A DNA stretch of 63,835 nucleotides, counting the filler, from Octopus bimaculoides (lineage: Eukaryota), in NCBI RefSeq assembly GCF_001194135.2. It is 6 parts of 5 records of this genome, joined end to end, with 100 filler letters (N's around TTAATTAATTAA, not from the genome) between each part and the next. Parts side by side here need not be neighbours in the genome. Positions count along the whole stretch, not along the records: positions 1 to 24,693 come from NC_069003.1; 5 more parts are not named here. The stretch is one strand, 5' to 3'. Positions 1 to 12,600 of the stretch are shown in pieces; the first letter of the stretch is position 1, and the number at the start of each line of letters is the position of its first letter. The notes beneath the pieces are model-generated. The model saw nothing but the letters and a program-made list of their open reading frames with translations, did no database searches and was not told the origin of the DNA. The position numbers were made by a program, and so were the translations under genes.

Positions 1-123
1 TATACATACTTACAAACCATACACACAGACACACATTTATTGTATACCTTGTGGATGTATTAGTATAGCATGATTTCCCCTTCTCTCATATGTAGAGATT
101 TGGGTGTGTGAGTGTATATGTAA

Positions 124-167
<44 letters not shown>

Positions 168-189
168 ATGTGCGTATGTGTTGGTTGTG

Positions 190-447
190 TATTGTGTTCT
201 TGAGCAAGACACTTTATTTCACATTGCTCCAGTTCACTCAACTGTAGAAATGAGTTGTGATGTCACTGGCGCCAAGCTGTATCGGCCTTTGCCTTTCCCT
301 TGGATAACATCAGTGGTGTGGAGAGGGGAGGCTGGTATGCATGGGTGACTGCTGGTCTTCCATAAACAACTGTACCCGGACTTGTGCCTCGGAGGGAAAC
401 TTTCTAGGTGCAATCCCATGGTCATTGATGATTGAAGGGAGTCCTTT
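190..447 (+). mobile_element. SINE-like repeat, family B (also - 16975-17290, + 21530-21775)
   Basis: Shared CTTGAGCAAGACACTTTATTTCACATTGCTCCAGTTCACTCA...GCCAAGCTGTATC.GCCTTTGCCTTTCCCTTGGA core. Confidence 0.8.
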
Positions 448-1348
448 AAACACACACACACATGTGTATTTGTAGACACACAAACATACTCGTACATGAG
501 CATACACACACACACACATTAATATATGTATGGGCCAATAAAACTAACACCTGCTTTAGCAAGAGACATTGCCCTAAAAATTAAAATTGTTGGTTGTTAA
601 TAATAATAATAATGATAATAATAATAATAATAATAATAATGTAATATTCTTGTGTTGCTTCAATAAAAAGATATCCTGTTGTTTTGTATTTGAAAGTAAA
701 GATCTTGATGGTGCATGTTTATTGTGTTGCAATACTGTGTCAGTGGGGGTTATGGCTGGATTTAGTGTGACAGGACAGTGTGGTTAAATGTGAACGACAA
801 GGTTGAGTTGGTGGAACAGAAATATGTGTTTACATCAAGTGGTCAAACTTGCTTGGATTTGCTCAGCTTGACCATGTCACTCGCCACTATAATTCATAGC
901 ATTCAGGTCAATAAGGCAACATACTGCGACCATGTTGGTGGATGAAAGATTTTTCTAGAGAAATGACCTGTGGTATCCATGTTGGGGTTGTGGTATGACG
1001 TCAGCAACTGGGGAGCTGACCGCTGACCGGAAGAGGAAGAAAGGCAGAGGGAACCTCGATTGGGATTTCGTGCCCTTTTTGAACGGGGTTGTTGTGAGGA
1101 GAGGACGTGCCAAGTGATCGTCTAGGTGTTGGGAGTAGCAGCTGCTATTTCTAGTGTTCTTCGGGTCAGGCCAGCCACAAGGATCGGATACCGCAGGACA
1201 GACTCGTGCAAAGAAAGGAAACCGAGGTGAGCCAATTACTTCTACTCGCACGCATACACCACAAGCTATTTCGGCTTATAGGAATTGTATTACTTATGAG
1301 TTATAGCTTCACTGTCATTAACATCTAAACAATGTGTTTATCTATCCA

Positions 1349-1840
1349 TCTATAATAATAAAAGCAAAATTCTCTCTGTCTGGGACCCCTGTATCTCAGT
1401 CTACATTTGCTCTACAGAGACATATTATACTTTTTTGGAATCAGAATGACCCCGGGACTGAAAAATCTACCCTTCATTTGGTTCTTGAACATCCAGTATT
1501 AAGATCTGATTTAAAAGTATTTGGGCTGCTACTTCTAGCAAGTAAAGCTTGGCTGGTTCACACCATCTTGGTTGGTGTTTGTCAGGTGATGTCAGAGATC
1601 AAGGGAGAGATAAATAACATTCGCTTCGTTAATTTTATGTTGAGATAAGAACTTTGGGACAGAATGGCCAACAGCTGGAATTCAATTTGGGATTGGAACA
1701 ATAGAATGATTGCATTACACAATTAATTCTCATCCCTCCTTAACCACCGATCAAACACCACCGGGGCATATAGTCATTATAAACGTGTTATAGTCATGCT
1801 ATTTAACTCTCTTTAGTTTGAGCTGCAGCCCCAGTTAGCC
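1349..1840 (+). mobile_element. Helitron-like non-autonomous repeat, copy 1
   Basis: Begins TC-TATAATAATAAAAGCAAAATT...CTGTC, a Helitron/DINE-like 5' end; about 490 bp shared at high identity with 23872-24372. Confidence 0.5.
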
Positions 1841-2140
1841 CTTTGCTTGTTTGAGAAAATCCAAATCAAATCTTCTGCTGGATTTTTCAGTTTGTTTAAG
1901 AGCCTTTTAGATTTGATGTAGTGATTTCTTTTGCTTTTTTTGAGACATTGACCTTTCCTCATCATATAAGACATATATCTGAAGCCTTTGTGGATAACAT
2001 TTCTAACTGTTCCTTCTGACACATGGAGATGTTTTGCAACTGACCTCATGGACTTTTTGGGATTGTAATCAATGGTCTGTTGAACATCCTGGATAAATTC
2101 AGGTGTTCTGATGATTTCAGAGCATTTAGAAGGCTTGTTA
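1810..2140 (-). mobile_element. Tc1/mariner (maT/DD37D-like) transposase fragment
   Basis: RSVAKHLHVSEGTVRNVIHKGFRYMSYMMRKGQ...SKRLLNKLKNPAE...WIFS resembles the HTH and linker preceding the first catalytic Asp. Confidence 0.7.
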
Positions 2141-2586
2141 TGCTTTGATACTGGTGATACGTTTCCATCTTCAGTCTCTAACTCCTTACAAACTTTGTAG
2201 ACAAAAGATCTGGCAACTTTTAAAAATCGAGATATTTCTAAATTGCTATCTCAGCTTTTATAACCACGTAAAAGCACCCACTACACTCTCGGAGTGGTTG
2301 GTGTTAGGAAGGGCATCCAGCTGTAGAAACTCTGCCAAATCAGATTGGAGGCTGGTGTTGCCATCCGGTTTCACCAGTCCTCAGTCAAATCGTCCAACCC
2401 ATGCTAGCATGGAAAGCGGACATTAAACGATGATGATAAACGATGATGAATAACAGCATGCCTCTTCATTTCTTGATTAAGCTGAGAGTCTGCATTATTA
2501 TTTTCTGAAATAAAGATTATACAGAGTTAGCAAAAATTTCAGCAATGACCCCAAAAAGGTATGTCTTCAAATACCTTACATACCTT

Positions 2587-3099
2587 GTATATCCATCACA
2601 GCTGATCTTACCAATTTGTTTTGTGCAAGGAATACAATGGAGTGTTCGGTAACAATCTGATTATATAACCTTATGCTCATCAGAGTTAGCCGATATGGAA
2701 GGGAGTACGGTGACTGCTCTCTATTGTCGGAGGTGGATTAACACATCCAATTTGCAGCTGCTGTAAAAAAGGTGGTGAAAGGATCTGTGGATTAGGTTAG
2801 GAGTTATGTCCCTTGGCCTACAGTGGCCTTACAGTTATGTCCCAAGCCTTACAGCATACCCAGCCAAGGTACATAACTCCTAACCTAATCCTCTGGCTCT
2901 TTTCGTTTCACCACCTTTTTCACAACAGCTGCAAACTGGATGTGTTAATCCACTTCTGACAATAGAGAGCAGTCGCCATATTCCCTTCTATATCGGCTTA
3001 CTCTGATGAGAGTAAGGTTATCTAATCGGATTGTTACCTAACACTCCATTGTATTCCTTGCATGAAACCGTTTGGTAAAATCAGCCATGATGGATATAT
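2587..3099. repeat. Long inverted repeat (arms about 230 bp, loop about 45 bp)
   Basis: 2587-2817 is the reverse complement of 2863-3099 with scattered mismatches. Confidence 0.9.
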
Positions 3100-3220
3100 A
3101 ATACTGTACATTTTGGATAATACACACACACACACACACACATGCACACATGCTGCAAATGCTTCATCCAAATTTATTTTTATATTGTAAAACTTTTTTT
3201 CTGTCTGAAGATTTTTTCAG

Positions 3221-3565
3221 GCGTGACTATGGAGTAAGAAGCTTGATTCCCAACCACAGAGTTCCGGGTTCAGTCCCACAGTGTGACACCTTGGGCAAGT
3301 GTCTTCTACTATAGCCTTAAGCCAACCAAAGCCTTGTGATTTGATAGATGGAAATTGAAAGAAGCCTGTCGTATATATGTGTGTATCTTTATGTTTGTCC
3401 CTCTCCACCAGTTGACAACCGGTGTTGGTATGTGTATATCCCTGTAATCTATCAGTTCAGCAAAAACAGACCAATACAAAAAAAAGTCCTGGGGTCGATT
3501 TGTTTGACTAAAACTCTTCAGAGCAGTCACCCAGCATGGCCACAGTCAGATGAACGAAACAAGTA
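3221..3565 (+). mobile_element. tRNA-derived SINE, family A (other copies: + about 7378, 9430, 10615-11030, 11215-11580, 12150; - about 15720-15870, 19690-19785, 37870, 52709-52830, 58330-58700)
   Basis: Head with B-box GGTTCAGTCCC, shared core GCACCTTGGGCAAGTGTCTTCTACTATAGCC...GGATTTGGTAGA.GGAAACTG, tail ...AAACAAGTAAAAGAATAAA. Confidence 0.85.
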
Positions 3566-3703
3566 AAAAAATAAGAAATTCTTTAAATGACTACTTAACA
3601 TGTAGATCTTTGTATTTCTTGTTAGTAAATAAAACATGTGTAATGGTGAATAAATAATACAAAGATTTCCATTTTCCATTTCTATTTGTTATATATACAT
3701 ATA

Positions 3704-4618
3704 TTGGGTCATCCCATAAATAATGCGCTTTTTTCAATTGCATGAACTAAAAGTCAGAGTGGGGCTGGGATAAACTGCCTGCATCAACTTGCTTTAAAAG
3801 CAGGTGGTAATTTTACCTTGTCCTTAGTGTAAGTATTGAAGAGTGCAGTTCGATTTTAAGAGCTATTTTTTTCAAAGCTATAATGGAAGTGACAAAGGAG
3901 CATATTTGGCATATTTTGCTTCATGAATTCAATAAAATCAACAACGCAATGGAAAGTGTGAAGAATATGAATGCAGTATATTGGACAATTAGCGTAAGCC
4001 GGTGTCAACGGTAATTCCAAAAATTCCAAGCCGGAAACTACAGCCTTGAAGATGAGCCTCGTCCTGGAAAATCTGTAGAGCTTGACGAGGACATCCTGCA
4101 AACCCTGGTGGAACAAATTCCCATCATAACTGTTGGGGAACTATCAGAGAAGCTCAGATTTGGTCATTCAGCTATTCATTGACACCTGCATGACATCGGA
4201 AAAGTCAGCAAATTGGTTTCAAGACAGAAGGTGTTCTTCTATCAGGAGAATGCTTGGCCACATACAGCAAGGATGACATTCTAAAGGCTGGAGCTGTTTG
4301 AATGGGAAACGATGCCCCACCCACCATATTCGCCGCACATTGCCCTATCTGATTTTCATTTATTCTGCAATCTTCAAAATCATTTGGATGGAAAAAATAT
4401 GAATTCTGTTGATGAGGTCAGAACAATACTAGAGGAGTATTTTTCGTTACAGACAAGTGAATTTTGGAAGAGGGACCTTTCAAATCTACCAGATATATGG
4501 AAAAGCATTGTTGAAAATGAAGGAGAGTATATTTTAGATTAAAAAAGAACTTTGTTTTTCTTAATTTTGAAAAATAAAAGAAGTATAAAAACACCACATT
4601 ATTTATGGGATGACCCAG
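3704..4618 (+). mobile_element. Internally deleted mariner (Mos1/DD34D-like) element with intact TIRs
   Basis: TIR TTGGGTCATCCCATAAATAATG at 3704 and its reverse complement ending 4618 (21/22 match), TA on both flanks. Transposase relic PHPPYSPHIALSDFHLFCNLQNHL...ENEGEY* at 4312-4542; frameshifts and stops upstream. Confidence 0.9.
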
Positions 4619-4659
4619 TACATAGATAGACACGCACACGCATACACATGTGTGCTTGT

Positions 4660-5012
4660 TGTTGGCACTCCGTCGCTTACGACGTCGAGGGTTCCAGTTG
4701 ATCCGATCTACAGAACAGCCTGCTCGTGAAATTAACGTGTATCCTTAATGTAGTTCTCGGGGATATTCAGCGTGACACAGTGTGACAAGGCTGACACTTT
4801 GAATTACAGGCACAACAGAAACAGGAAATAAGAGTGAGAGAAAGTTGTGGTGAAAGAGTACAGCAGGGTTCGCCACCATCCCCTGCCGGAGCCTCGTGAA
4901 ACTTTTAGGTGTTTTCGTTCAATAAACGCTCACAACACCCGGTCTAGGAATCGAAACCACGATCGTATGACTGCGAGTCCGCTGCCCTAACCACTAGGCC
5001 ATTGCGCCTCCA
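4660..5012 (-). mobile_element. tRNA-derived SINE, family E (pieces also at about 25590-25720, 47550-47950, and tandem at 50080-51030)
   Basis: Minus-strand head GTGGAGGCGCAATGGCCTAGTGGTTAGGGCAGCGGACTCGCAGTC...GGTTTCGATTCC with A- and B-box-like motifs; shared body CTCCGTCGCTTACGACG...GTGAAATTAACGTG...GAATTACAGG. Confidence 0.8.
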
Positions 5013-5065
5013 CACACAGGTGTGCACACAAGTGCAAAACAATGTGGAGAAAAATAGTACTCGAA

Positions 5066-5853
5066 GGATCTAGTTCAAAACGGGGGCGCCAGTATTTTCT
5101 TAACGAAACACTTTGAAACTTGGGACACTGGTAGAATGTGTCATATAAAACATCTTTTTCTCTTAGTCTTCTTAACAAAAATTATTATATTGCAACTTAT
5201 TTCATGTTAAAGTTGTCGTATTTCTGTAATTTCAACCAATGACTGACGTCCATTCAGCCGAATACATTAAGTGCTGACTACGTAAACAAACGATTCTCAA
5301 ACGATTCTCGGCGGTGATAAAATTATTATTTCCTTGTCAAAAAATGACTGAAGCATATTGGCAGTAGCTAATAAACCTTTCTATTATAGGCACAANNNNN
5401 NNNNNNNNNNNNNNNNNNNNNNNNNNNNNNNNNNNNNNNNNNNNNNNNNNNNNNNNNNNNNNNNNNNNNNNNNNNNNNNNNNNNNNNNNNNNNNNNNNNN
5501 NCAGATGTTAACGAAATTATATTAAAAATAAAACGAAGGAAAACGAACACACGTATGTTGCCTCTCTGCAAAATGTCAGAAGTAATGGAGATTAAATACA
5601 CTTTACACCGCTTAAACTGCCAAAGGAACCGCTTAAACTGCCAAAGGAGTAACTATAAACAGCTGAATACTTGTCAGTGATTGGTTGAAATTATCGAAAT
5701 AAGACAATTTTTTACATGAAATAACTTCGAATACAAAAATTTTTTTCTGTTCTATAACACAAAATAGATAAGTATACTTTGAAAGTCTTTCGGTACCAAA
5801 AACACTACATAAAACATAAATGAAAACTGGTGCCCCCGTTTTGAATTAGATCC
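5066..5853. mobile_element. Foldback-type MITE upstream of the CZIB promoter
   Basis: 28-bp TIR GGATCTAGTTCAAAACGGGGGCGCCAGT (26/28 match) plus looser inverted subterminal arms; assembly gap in the centre; a related single arm at about 7540-7780. Confidence 0.7.
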
Positions 5854-5929
5854 GTACTGGAATACCAAAGTTAAAATAATATGCTTTTATTAAAGCTGCA
5901 AAATTATCACAGGACTGTTACTCAGAGTT

Positions 5930-6164
5930 TCTCGTTCCTGTTCGCGTTGTCCGACGAACGGAAATCGAACGTGACTACGAAGCGAATTTCTTAAACTCAT
6001 GACAGCGACCAATAGAAATCGCACACCATTTGTTTGACACGTAGACATAAACGTAAACGGATACAAATGAGAATCAGCACCGGTTCAGTGAAACGGTGTA
6101 ATATCAAACGAGAAACAGACCTGTCGATGTTAATTTATTAATTAAACTATTGGAATTGTCCACA
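5930..6164 (+). promoter_or_regulatory. Probable CZIB promoter / 5' UTR
   Basis: Locally CpG-rich (gttcgcgttgtccgacgaacggaaatcgaacg...) in an otherwise CpG-poor window; CCAAT at 6009-6013; directly upstream of the ATG exon. Confidence 0.55.
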
Positions 6165-6170
6165 ATGGGG
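6165..6170 (+). CDS. CZIB: CZIB coding exon 1 (ATG GGG, 6 coding nt)
   Basis: cacaATGGGG|gtgagt: strong donor at 6171; supplies MG in phase 0 to exon 2, matching the homologue N-terminus; follows a CpG-richer promoter-like region. Confidence 0.85.
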
Positions 6171-9100
6171 GTGAGTAAGGCAGACTTGACCATTCTTTAA
6201 TATTTAGTTTGTTGATTTTGTTGTTGGTTTACGTATGACTGTAATTCTATTGTAAGGTTTTAGCCGCAAATGGTAATACACGACATGTTACTATTCTTGT
6301 ATATTGAAGATAGTCTTGTAATTTGATGTTTAATTCAGAGACTGCAAACGTACTAAAATAACCACATATATTCCATATTGACGTGGACTTCGTATAGGAC
6401 ACAGTTGAAGATGTTTAGTGTATACAGAGAGAATATATTGCTATCAAATTTTGGCACAAGGCGAGCAATTTCGTGGGAGGGACTAAATGGATTTCATCGA
6501 CCAGCTGGTATTTATTTCATCGACTCCGAAAGGATGAAAGGCAAAGTCAACTTCGGCAGAATACACACAAAAAATACAGGTTTCAAATTTTGGCACAAGG
6601 CGAGCAATTTCGGGGGANNNNNNNNNNACTAAATGGATTTCATCGACCAGCTGGTATTTATTTCATCGACTCCGAAAGGATGATAGGCAAAGTCAACTTC
6701 GGCAGAATACACACAGAAAATACAGGTTTCAAATTTTGGCACAAGGCGAGCAATTTCGGTGGAGGGTCTAAGTCGGTTGCCTCGACTCCAGTGTTCAATT
6801 GGTACTTATTTTATCGACCCTGAAAGAATGAAAGGCAAAGTCGACCCAGGTAGAATTTGAACTGAGAGCATATAAACGGACGAAATACTGCTAAGCATAT
6901 TTTGCTCAGCGTGCTAACCATTCTGTCTGCTTGTCGCCTAACATAGAAAATATTGAAAACGTGGAGAGAGAGGATGACTAAAAATAACTCGGAACAAAAC
7001 AATATCAATTTGACAGAAGGAGTGAGCTCTTGTTTTCATCGTGCAATCTACGAGGGAACAGCTACGGAGTCATTCGACCTACTAAAATGGCACTCAAATC
7101 TCTCTTAAATAACACCTTGCAATATTTAAACGGAAAAAGAAATGGAAGGACACATTGGTCAATGTAGTTGTAGATGCATTAAGCCTGAAGAAAAAAAAGA
7201 AACAGTTGAAATAGTTTGGGCTGTGGGCCTATTTGGTCAAAGCCGACCTGGGACTAAATAACAGACAAAAAAGCCAATTGTATACTGTGCAACAATAACA
7301 GAGAGGAGAGTCTTTACTTGTGGTATTCCCCTCTTCAATAGAAAACCCAAATATTTTCATATTTTTTATGAACCCATTGCAGAAGCTTGCTTTCCAACCA
7401 CCAGCTTCTTGGTTCAGTCTTACTGTGTGGCACCTTGGGCAAGTGTTTTTTACTATAGCCTTGGACTGACTTAAGTCTTGTGAGGAGTTGAAAGAATCAG
7501 GTATTTAAATAGTGAAAGCTCCAAAGTAGGGTTGGTGAATGTATTCCATCTCATGCATAGATTTTTTAATTAATTTTCTTTAACCACTTTGAAACTTCGG
7601 ATACTGGTAGAATGTATCATGTAGAGCAAGGTTTAAATGTTTTTGACAAAATTTTGTATTTTAGAAGTTATTTCATAAAGTCATATTTGGGTAATTTTAA
7701 CCAATCAATGACGTGTATTCAGCTGAAGAAAATTACTGCTGTTGTTTGCAAACAACAACTTCCAGGTCCATTGACAAAACGATGAATCTTCAACAACAGA
7801 AAAACTTCTATTCTGTGTTATACACGTAGAGTCCATTATGTCTGGGAAGAAAGATGGAATGGTCACAGTTGGGATGTCTTTGATTATATCTGTTCAATCA
7901 GATCCAACTCAGGACTAAACAACAGGTGACAAAGGGAACGAGATGAGGCGACAAGAGAGCCTTTACCTGGTCACTCGAGTTGCTAGAAAGAGCAACCAAA
8001 TCTTCCTGACAAAAAGAAAAATGAAATTTCCGTCTTCAAGAAAAAAAAAATAATGCAAATTTATATTATTTTATAATGTTCACTTAGGAATTCATTACTT
8101 CTAGAAAAGAACAAGACAAAATGGTCATGGCTGGAATGCCATTTTTCACAGATCCATTACAATCAGAGCTATCCCAGCTAAAGTTGCATGACTTAACACT
8201 TCTGTTCATCTATAAAAAAACATATCTGAAACAGCTGTAGTGAATCACAATCCACCTGTTGTTATTATTTATATATATAAATATATATGTATAAATATAT
8301 AAATGATGGAGATATATGATGATGAACTTTATTTAACAATAAACATCAAAATATCACTGCAAATTTGTTTCAGTAGTCTTAAAACATGCAAGTAATTCAT
8401 ATTATCATATTTAATTATAGATAAATTACTTACATGTCTGCATTAATGTGAAATGTATGTATTTATATACACATTTACCATCCTGGACCACTGAAATCTA
8501 CAAGTTTTTTTCATTCTCTCTCTGTTTATTTTCTCTTATTCCTTTCTGCTGAAGAGCGTAGGCTCGAAATGTAAAAGACTTTCTCATTTTCCTGAGCATC
8601 AAACTAATACACTTGCTTGTTCATACACCTATCTTCGTCCTTTGTTTTTCCATAAATTTCAGTTAATATATATAACATGGCCACAGCTCGTGAGCCAAAA
8701 CTAGTTCAATTCATTTCAGTATATATAAATATATACATATATATTGTGTTTCATGTTTCTTTGCAGAAAATCGCCCTTCAATTTAAAGCCACCTTAGAAA
8801 ACATAACTAATATTTGTACTGAGGGAGATAACTTCCGATGGTATATCAAAGTAAGTAAAACTTTCCCTTCTCACTTGAGAGAAGAGTGCATTACTCCATC
8901 CTAAATTGCATCGTTACCCCTTAAACTATTTATCTAGTTTATTATCATTGGATAAGTGTCCTTCACATTAATATATACTAGTTTATTCATGATATCACTG
9001 GATATCATATATTCATGATACGAGTTTAGTTTCATTGGATAAGTATTCTTCACATTAGGAGTAGTGACAAAGCCCCTAATCTTTGAAGGGTCTTGTCACA

Positions 9101-9556
9101 TTGATTACATTCATAGAGCTGTTGACACCCAGTTTCAACACCTGAAGGTCAATATCTTCAGACCCTGCCCTTAACCAGCAAAAGAACGTCAATAACAAAA
9201 AAAAAAAACAGAACAAAAAACTGAGGTAAAAACAGGTCTAGTCTGAATCCTTATAGTCAACACAGTAAAATTAGTGCCTGATTTAGACTTGGTGGGACCT
9301 TAAGATTTAGGAAAATCTTGGAGGTCCCCATTTTTAAAAGATTTATGTCAGAAGGTTTCTCAGAAATTGTAAAAAGATGTATTGCCTTTTCATTATTTTG
9401 AGGTGAAGACATAGTTATGTGTTTTAGAAACATGGTTTGGGTTCATTCCCACTGCATGGCACCTTGGGTAAGTGTCTTCTACTATAGCCCTGGGCTGACC
9501 AAAACCTTGTGAGTGGATTTGGTAGATGGAAACTGATGGAAGTCTTTGTGTGTGTG

Positions 9557-9608
<52 letters not shown>

Positions 9609-12600
9609 GATATTGTGTGTATTTATATATGTGTGTGTGTGTGTCGTCTTGATATCATGTGATAGTTGTGTGTGAGTGAGTGTTACTGTTATATAAGCAG
9701 TGACCGTTGTTTTCATTCATCTGTTAAAACCTGTTTAGACAACGAGTAAATATTATCTTACTTGGAAACAGGTGAAGTTTGGTGACAGGAAGAGCATCCT
9801 GCTGTAAAACAAAAAAAAAAATCTGCCTCAACAAATTCCATCTGACCCATGCAAGCATGGAAAAATGGATGCTAAAACAATGATAAAGATGACAAGGTCC
9901 TAAGCTGTAGCTTGTTTACCTTACATCTTATGACCGAAGGGGGTCTTTACCCTTACCAATACTATACACCCCACTCAGTGAAGGGGTCTTGGTTTCATCA
10001 CTAGTGACAACATCCAGTACATTCTGTGAAGTGGTTGGCATTAGGAAGGGCATCCAGCTGTTGAAGCCATACCAAAGCAGACATTGGAGCTCGAGGTAGC
10101 CCTGTAGCTTGCTAGTTTCTTTCAAACTGTCCAACCAATGCCAGCATTGAAAACAGACGGTGCATGGAATAGTGGTCAGAGATGTCAGACCCACAATGAT
10201 GAGATTGTGAGTTCAATTCCTGCAATGGCTAGCGCCTTGTGCTGTTGAGCAAGGTGCTCACTTTCATGCTGTTCCAGTCTTCTCAGATGAAATGAACCTT
10301 GTACTAGTACATCTCTGTTCTCTTTCCACATCCTCAATTTTTTGTGTGTGAAGGGCTGTACCAGTTGAAAGGATGCTTATGTCTGCTCACGACTACACAG
10401 GCACCTTAAATAATTAGTGAAAACATGGTACATAATACCAGGCCATATGCACTCAGGAATGACAGCTAAGTGTTGTTGCTGTCTCCTTTTTTTTTTGTTA
10501 CTATAGCCATATCACGTTAAATGAACTGGTTTTCATCTGATAACCAAAGTTAAGCCTAGTTGGTACTTAGATAGGTGACCGCTCGGGAAACCTACGTGCT
10601 GTAAGCATCTCACATAGGTGCAGGTGTAGCTGTGTAGTAAGAAACTTGCTTCCCAACTACATGGTTTTGAGTTCAGTCCCACTGCGTGGCACCTTGGGCA
10701 AGTGTCTTCTATGATAGCCTTGGGCTGACCAAAGCTTTGTGAGTGGATTTGGTAAACGGAAACTGAAAGAAGCCCATCTTGTATATGTATATATGTATGC
10801 ATGCATGCATGCATGTGTGTGTGTGTGTGTGTCCACCATCGTTTGAAAACTGATGTTGGTGTGTTTACGTTCTTGTTACTTAGCAGATTAGCCAAGGAGA
10901 CCAATAAAGTAAGTACTAGGCTTACAAAGAATAAGTCTTGGGGTGGATTTCTTCAATTAAAAGCCTTTTAAGGTGGTGCTCCAGCATGGCTGCAGTCAAA
11001 TGATTGAAATGAGTAAAAGAATGAAAGAATAAAATAGCAACTACAGCCATGTTGTTAGCATCACCACTATCATTGTCATTGTTGTTACTCAGTTACCTTT
11101 AATATTTTTCAGGTGAAATGTGCCAATTGTGGGGAGACAACTGATCGGTTTGTTTATGTGTGTCTGGAGGTAAGTAAGCATCTCTTATATACATGCACAA
11201 AGATAGGCAAGGTGTGTGTGTGTGAGACTGTATGTGATAAGAAGCTTGCTTCCCAACAATATGCTTCTGGGTTCAGTCCCACTGTGTGGCACCTCAGGCA
11301 AGAGCCTTCTGCTAAAGCTTTGACCTGACCAAAGTCTTGCGAATAGATTTGGTAGAAGGAAACCATAAGAAAGAAGCCTGTTGTGTGTGTTTGTGTTTGT
11401 CTCCCCCCACCCCGTCACTGCTTGATAACCGGTGCTGGTGTGTTTATGTCCCTGTAACTTACTGATAGAATAAATACTGGGCTAAAACAAAAAAACATAC
11501 TGGGGTCAATTTGTTCAACTAAAATTCTTCAAGGTGGTGCCCCAGCATAGTTGCAGGCTGAAATGAGTAAAGGATAAAAGAATGTGTGTGTTGATGTGTT
11601 TTGAGTGTAGATTTATTAATGGGTATGTGTGTATCAGTATAATTGTATTTAAGTGTTTGTATTTATGTATGTGGACAAGGAAGTAGATATAGTTGTGTGT
11701 GTGTGTGAGCGAGTCTAGGTATATTTGTGACTGTGTTTGTAGGTATATTTGTGAGTGTATGCATGTATGTTATGAGCATGTATGTTGAAATATTTGTGTG
11801 TGTGTGTAGGGGTCTGGTACGAGGGTGTGCTGGAAAGTTCTTGGTTTTAAGGGTATCACAAAAGGCCTGGTTGGACCCCCAAACTTCTAAGTTCTTTTAC
11901 AGGGCTTAGAAAAACCGAAGGACTGCTGCAATATAAGTTTGTGAATCTTAGAGGAGAATATGTTGCATACAATTATAATTAATTGATCCTTCTATATTTT
12001 CTTTCATCCAAAGCCAGGAACTTTTCAGCACTCCTTTGCATATATGTGTGTGGAGGGTGGGTGTCTGATATATTTTGTGTGTGTGAGCGTTTGATGATAT
12101 GCATTCGTAAGTGTATTTATAAGTGTGAGTACAGTGTAATTGGTTGGTTCACAAGTTTGTTCTGCAATCACCAGGTCATGAGTTCAGTCTCACTGCATGG
12201 CACTTTATCATGGCCTCGTGTTAACCGTATCTGTGTGAGTGAAGTGTACAGATGGAAACTGTGTGAAAGCCTGTCACATAGATTGTACCTGTAATTAAAA
12301 GATTCAGTGTTGCCACTTATTTTGCTTGAAGATTATGTTAAAGGTATCCATGTCTGTGGAATATTCAACCACATAGATCTGAATTCAGTGAGCATTTGAT
12401 TGAAAAATTGAGTACTCAGGGTTGAAATCAACAGAGATGTAGTTGGTGCATGTGTATCTGTTTGTGTGAGTGTGTGTGAATATATCTGGGTGTGTGTTTA
12501 TATAACTATGTGTAGGTGTATGTTGATGATTTGTGGGTGAGTGCTTGTCTTTTGAGATGGACTGCAGATGTATGTATATTTGTGGGTGTGTATATATATG

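Noticed and set aside
1334-1648. 104-aa ORF whose end is conserved in a second copy at 23934-24176
   Set aside because: Conservation is explained by nucleotide-level repeat identity; no splice context or recognisable domain.
2670-3012. CTGATGAG motifs in the foldback arms as possible hammerhead cores
   Set aside because: No downstream GAAA or stem architecture.
4940-5012. tRNA-like sequence with A and B boxes (also near 47555)
   Set aside because: It is the head of a SINE, continuous with the repeat body; I could not build a complete cloverleaf.
6482-6757. Near-identical 130-bp tandem duplication in CZIB intron 1
   Set aside because: The copies differ at about 2 bases and straddle a 10-N gap; likely two alleles or an overlap mis-join of a SINE fragment.
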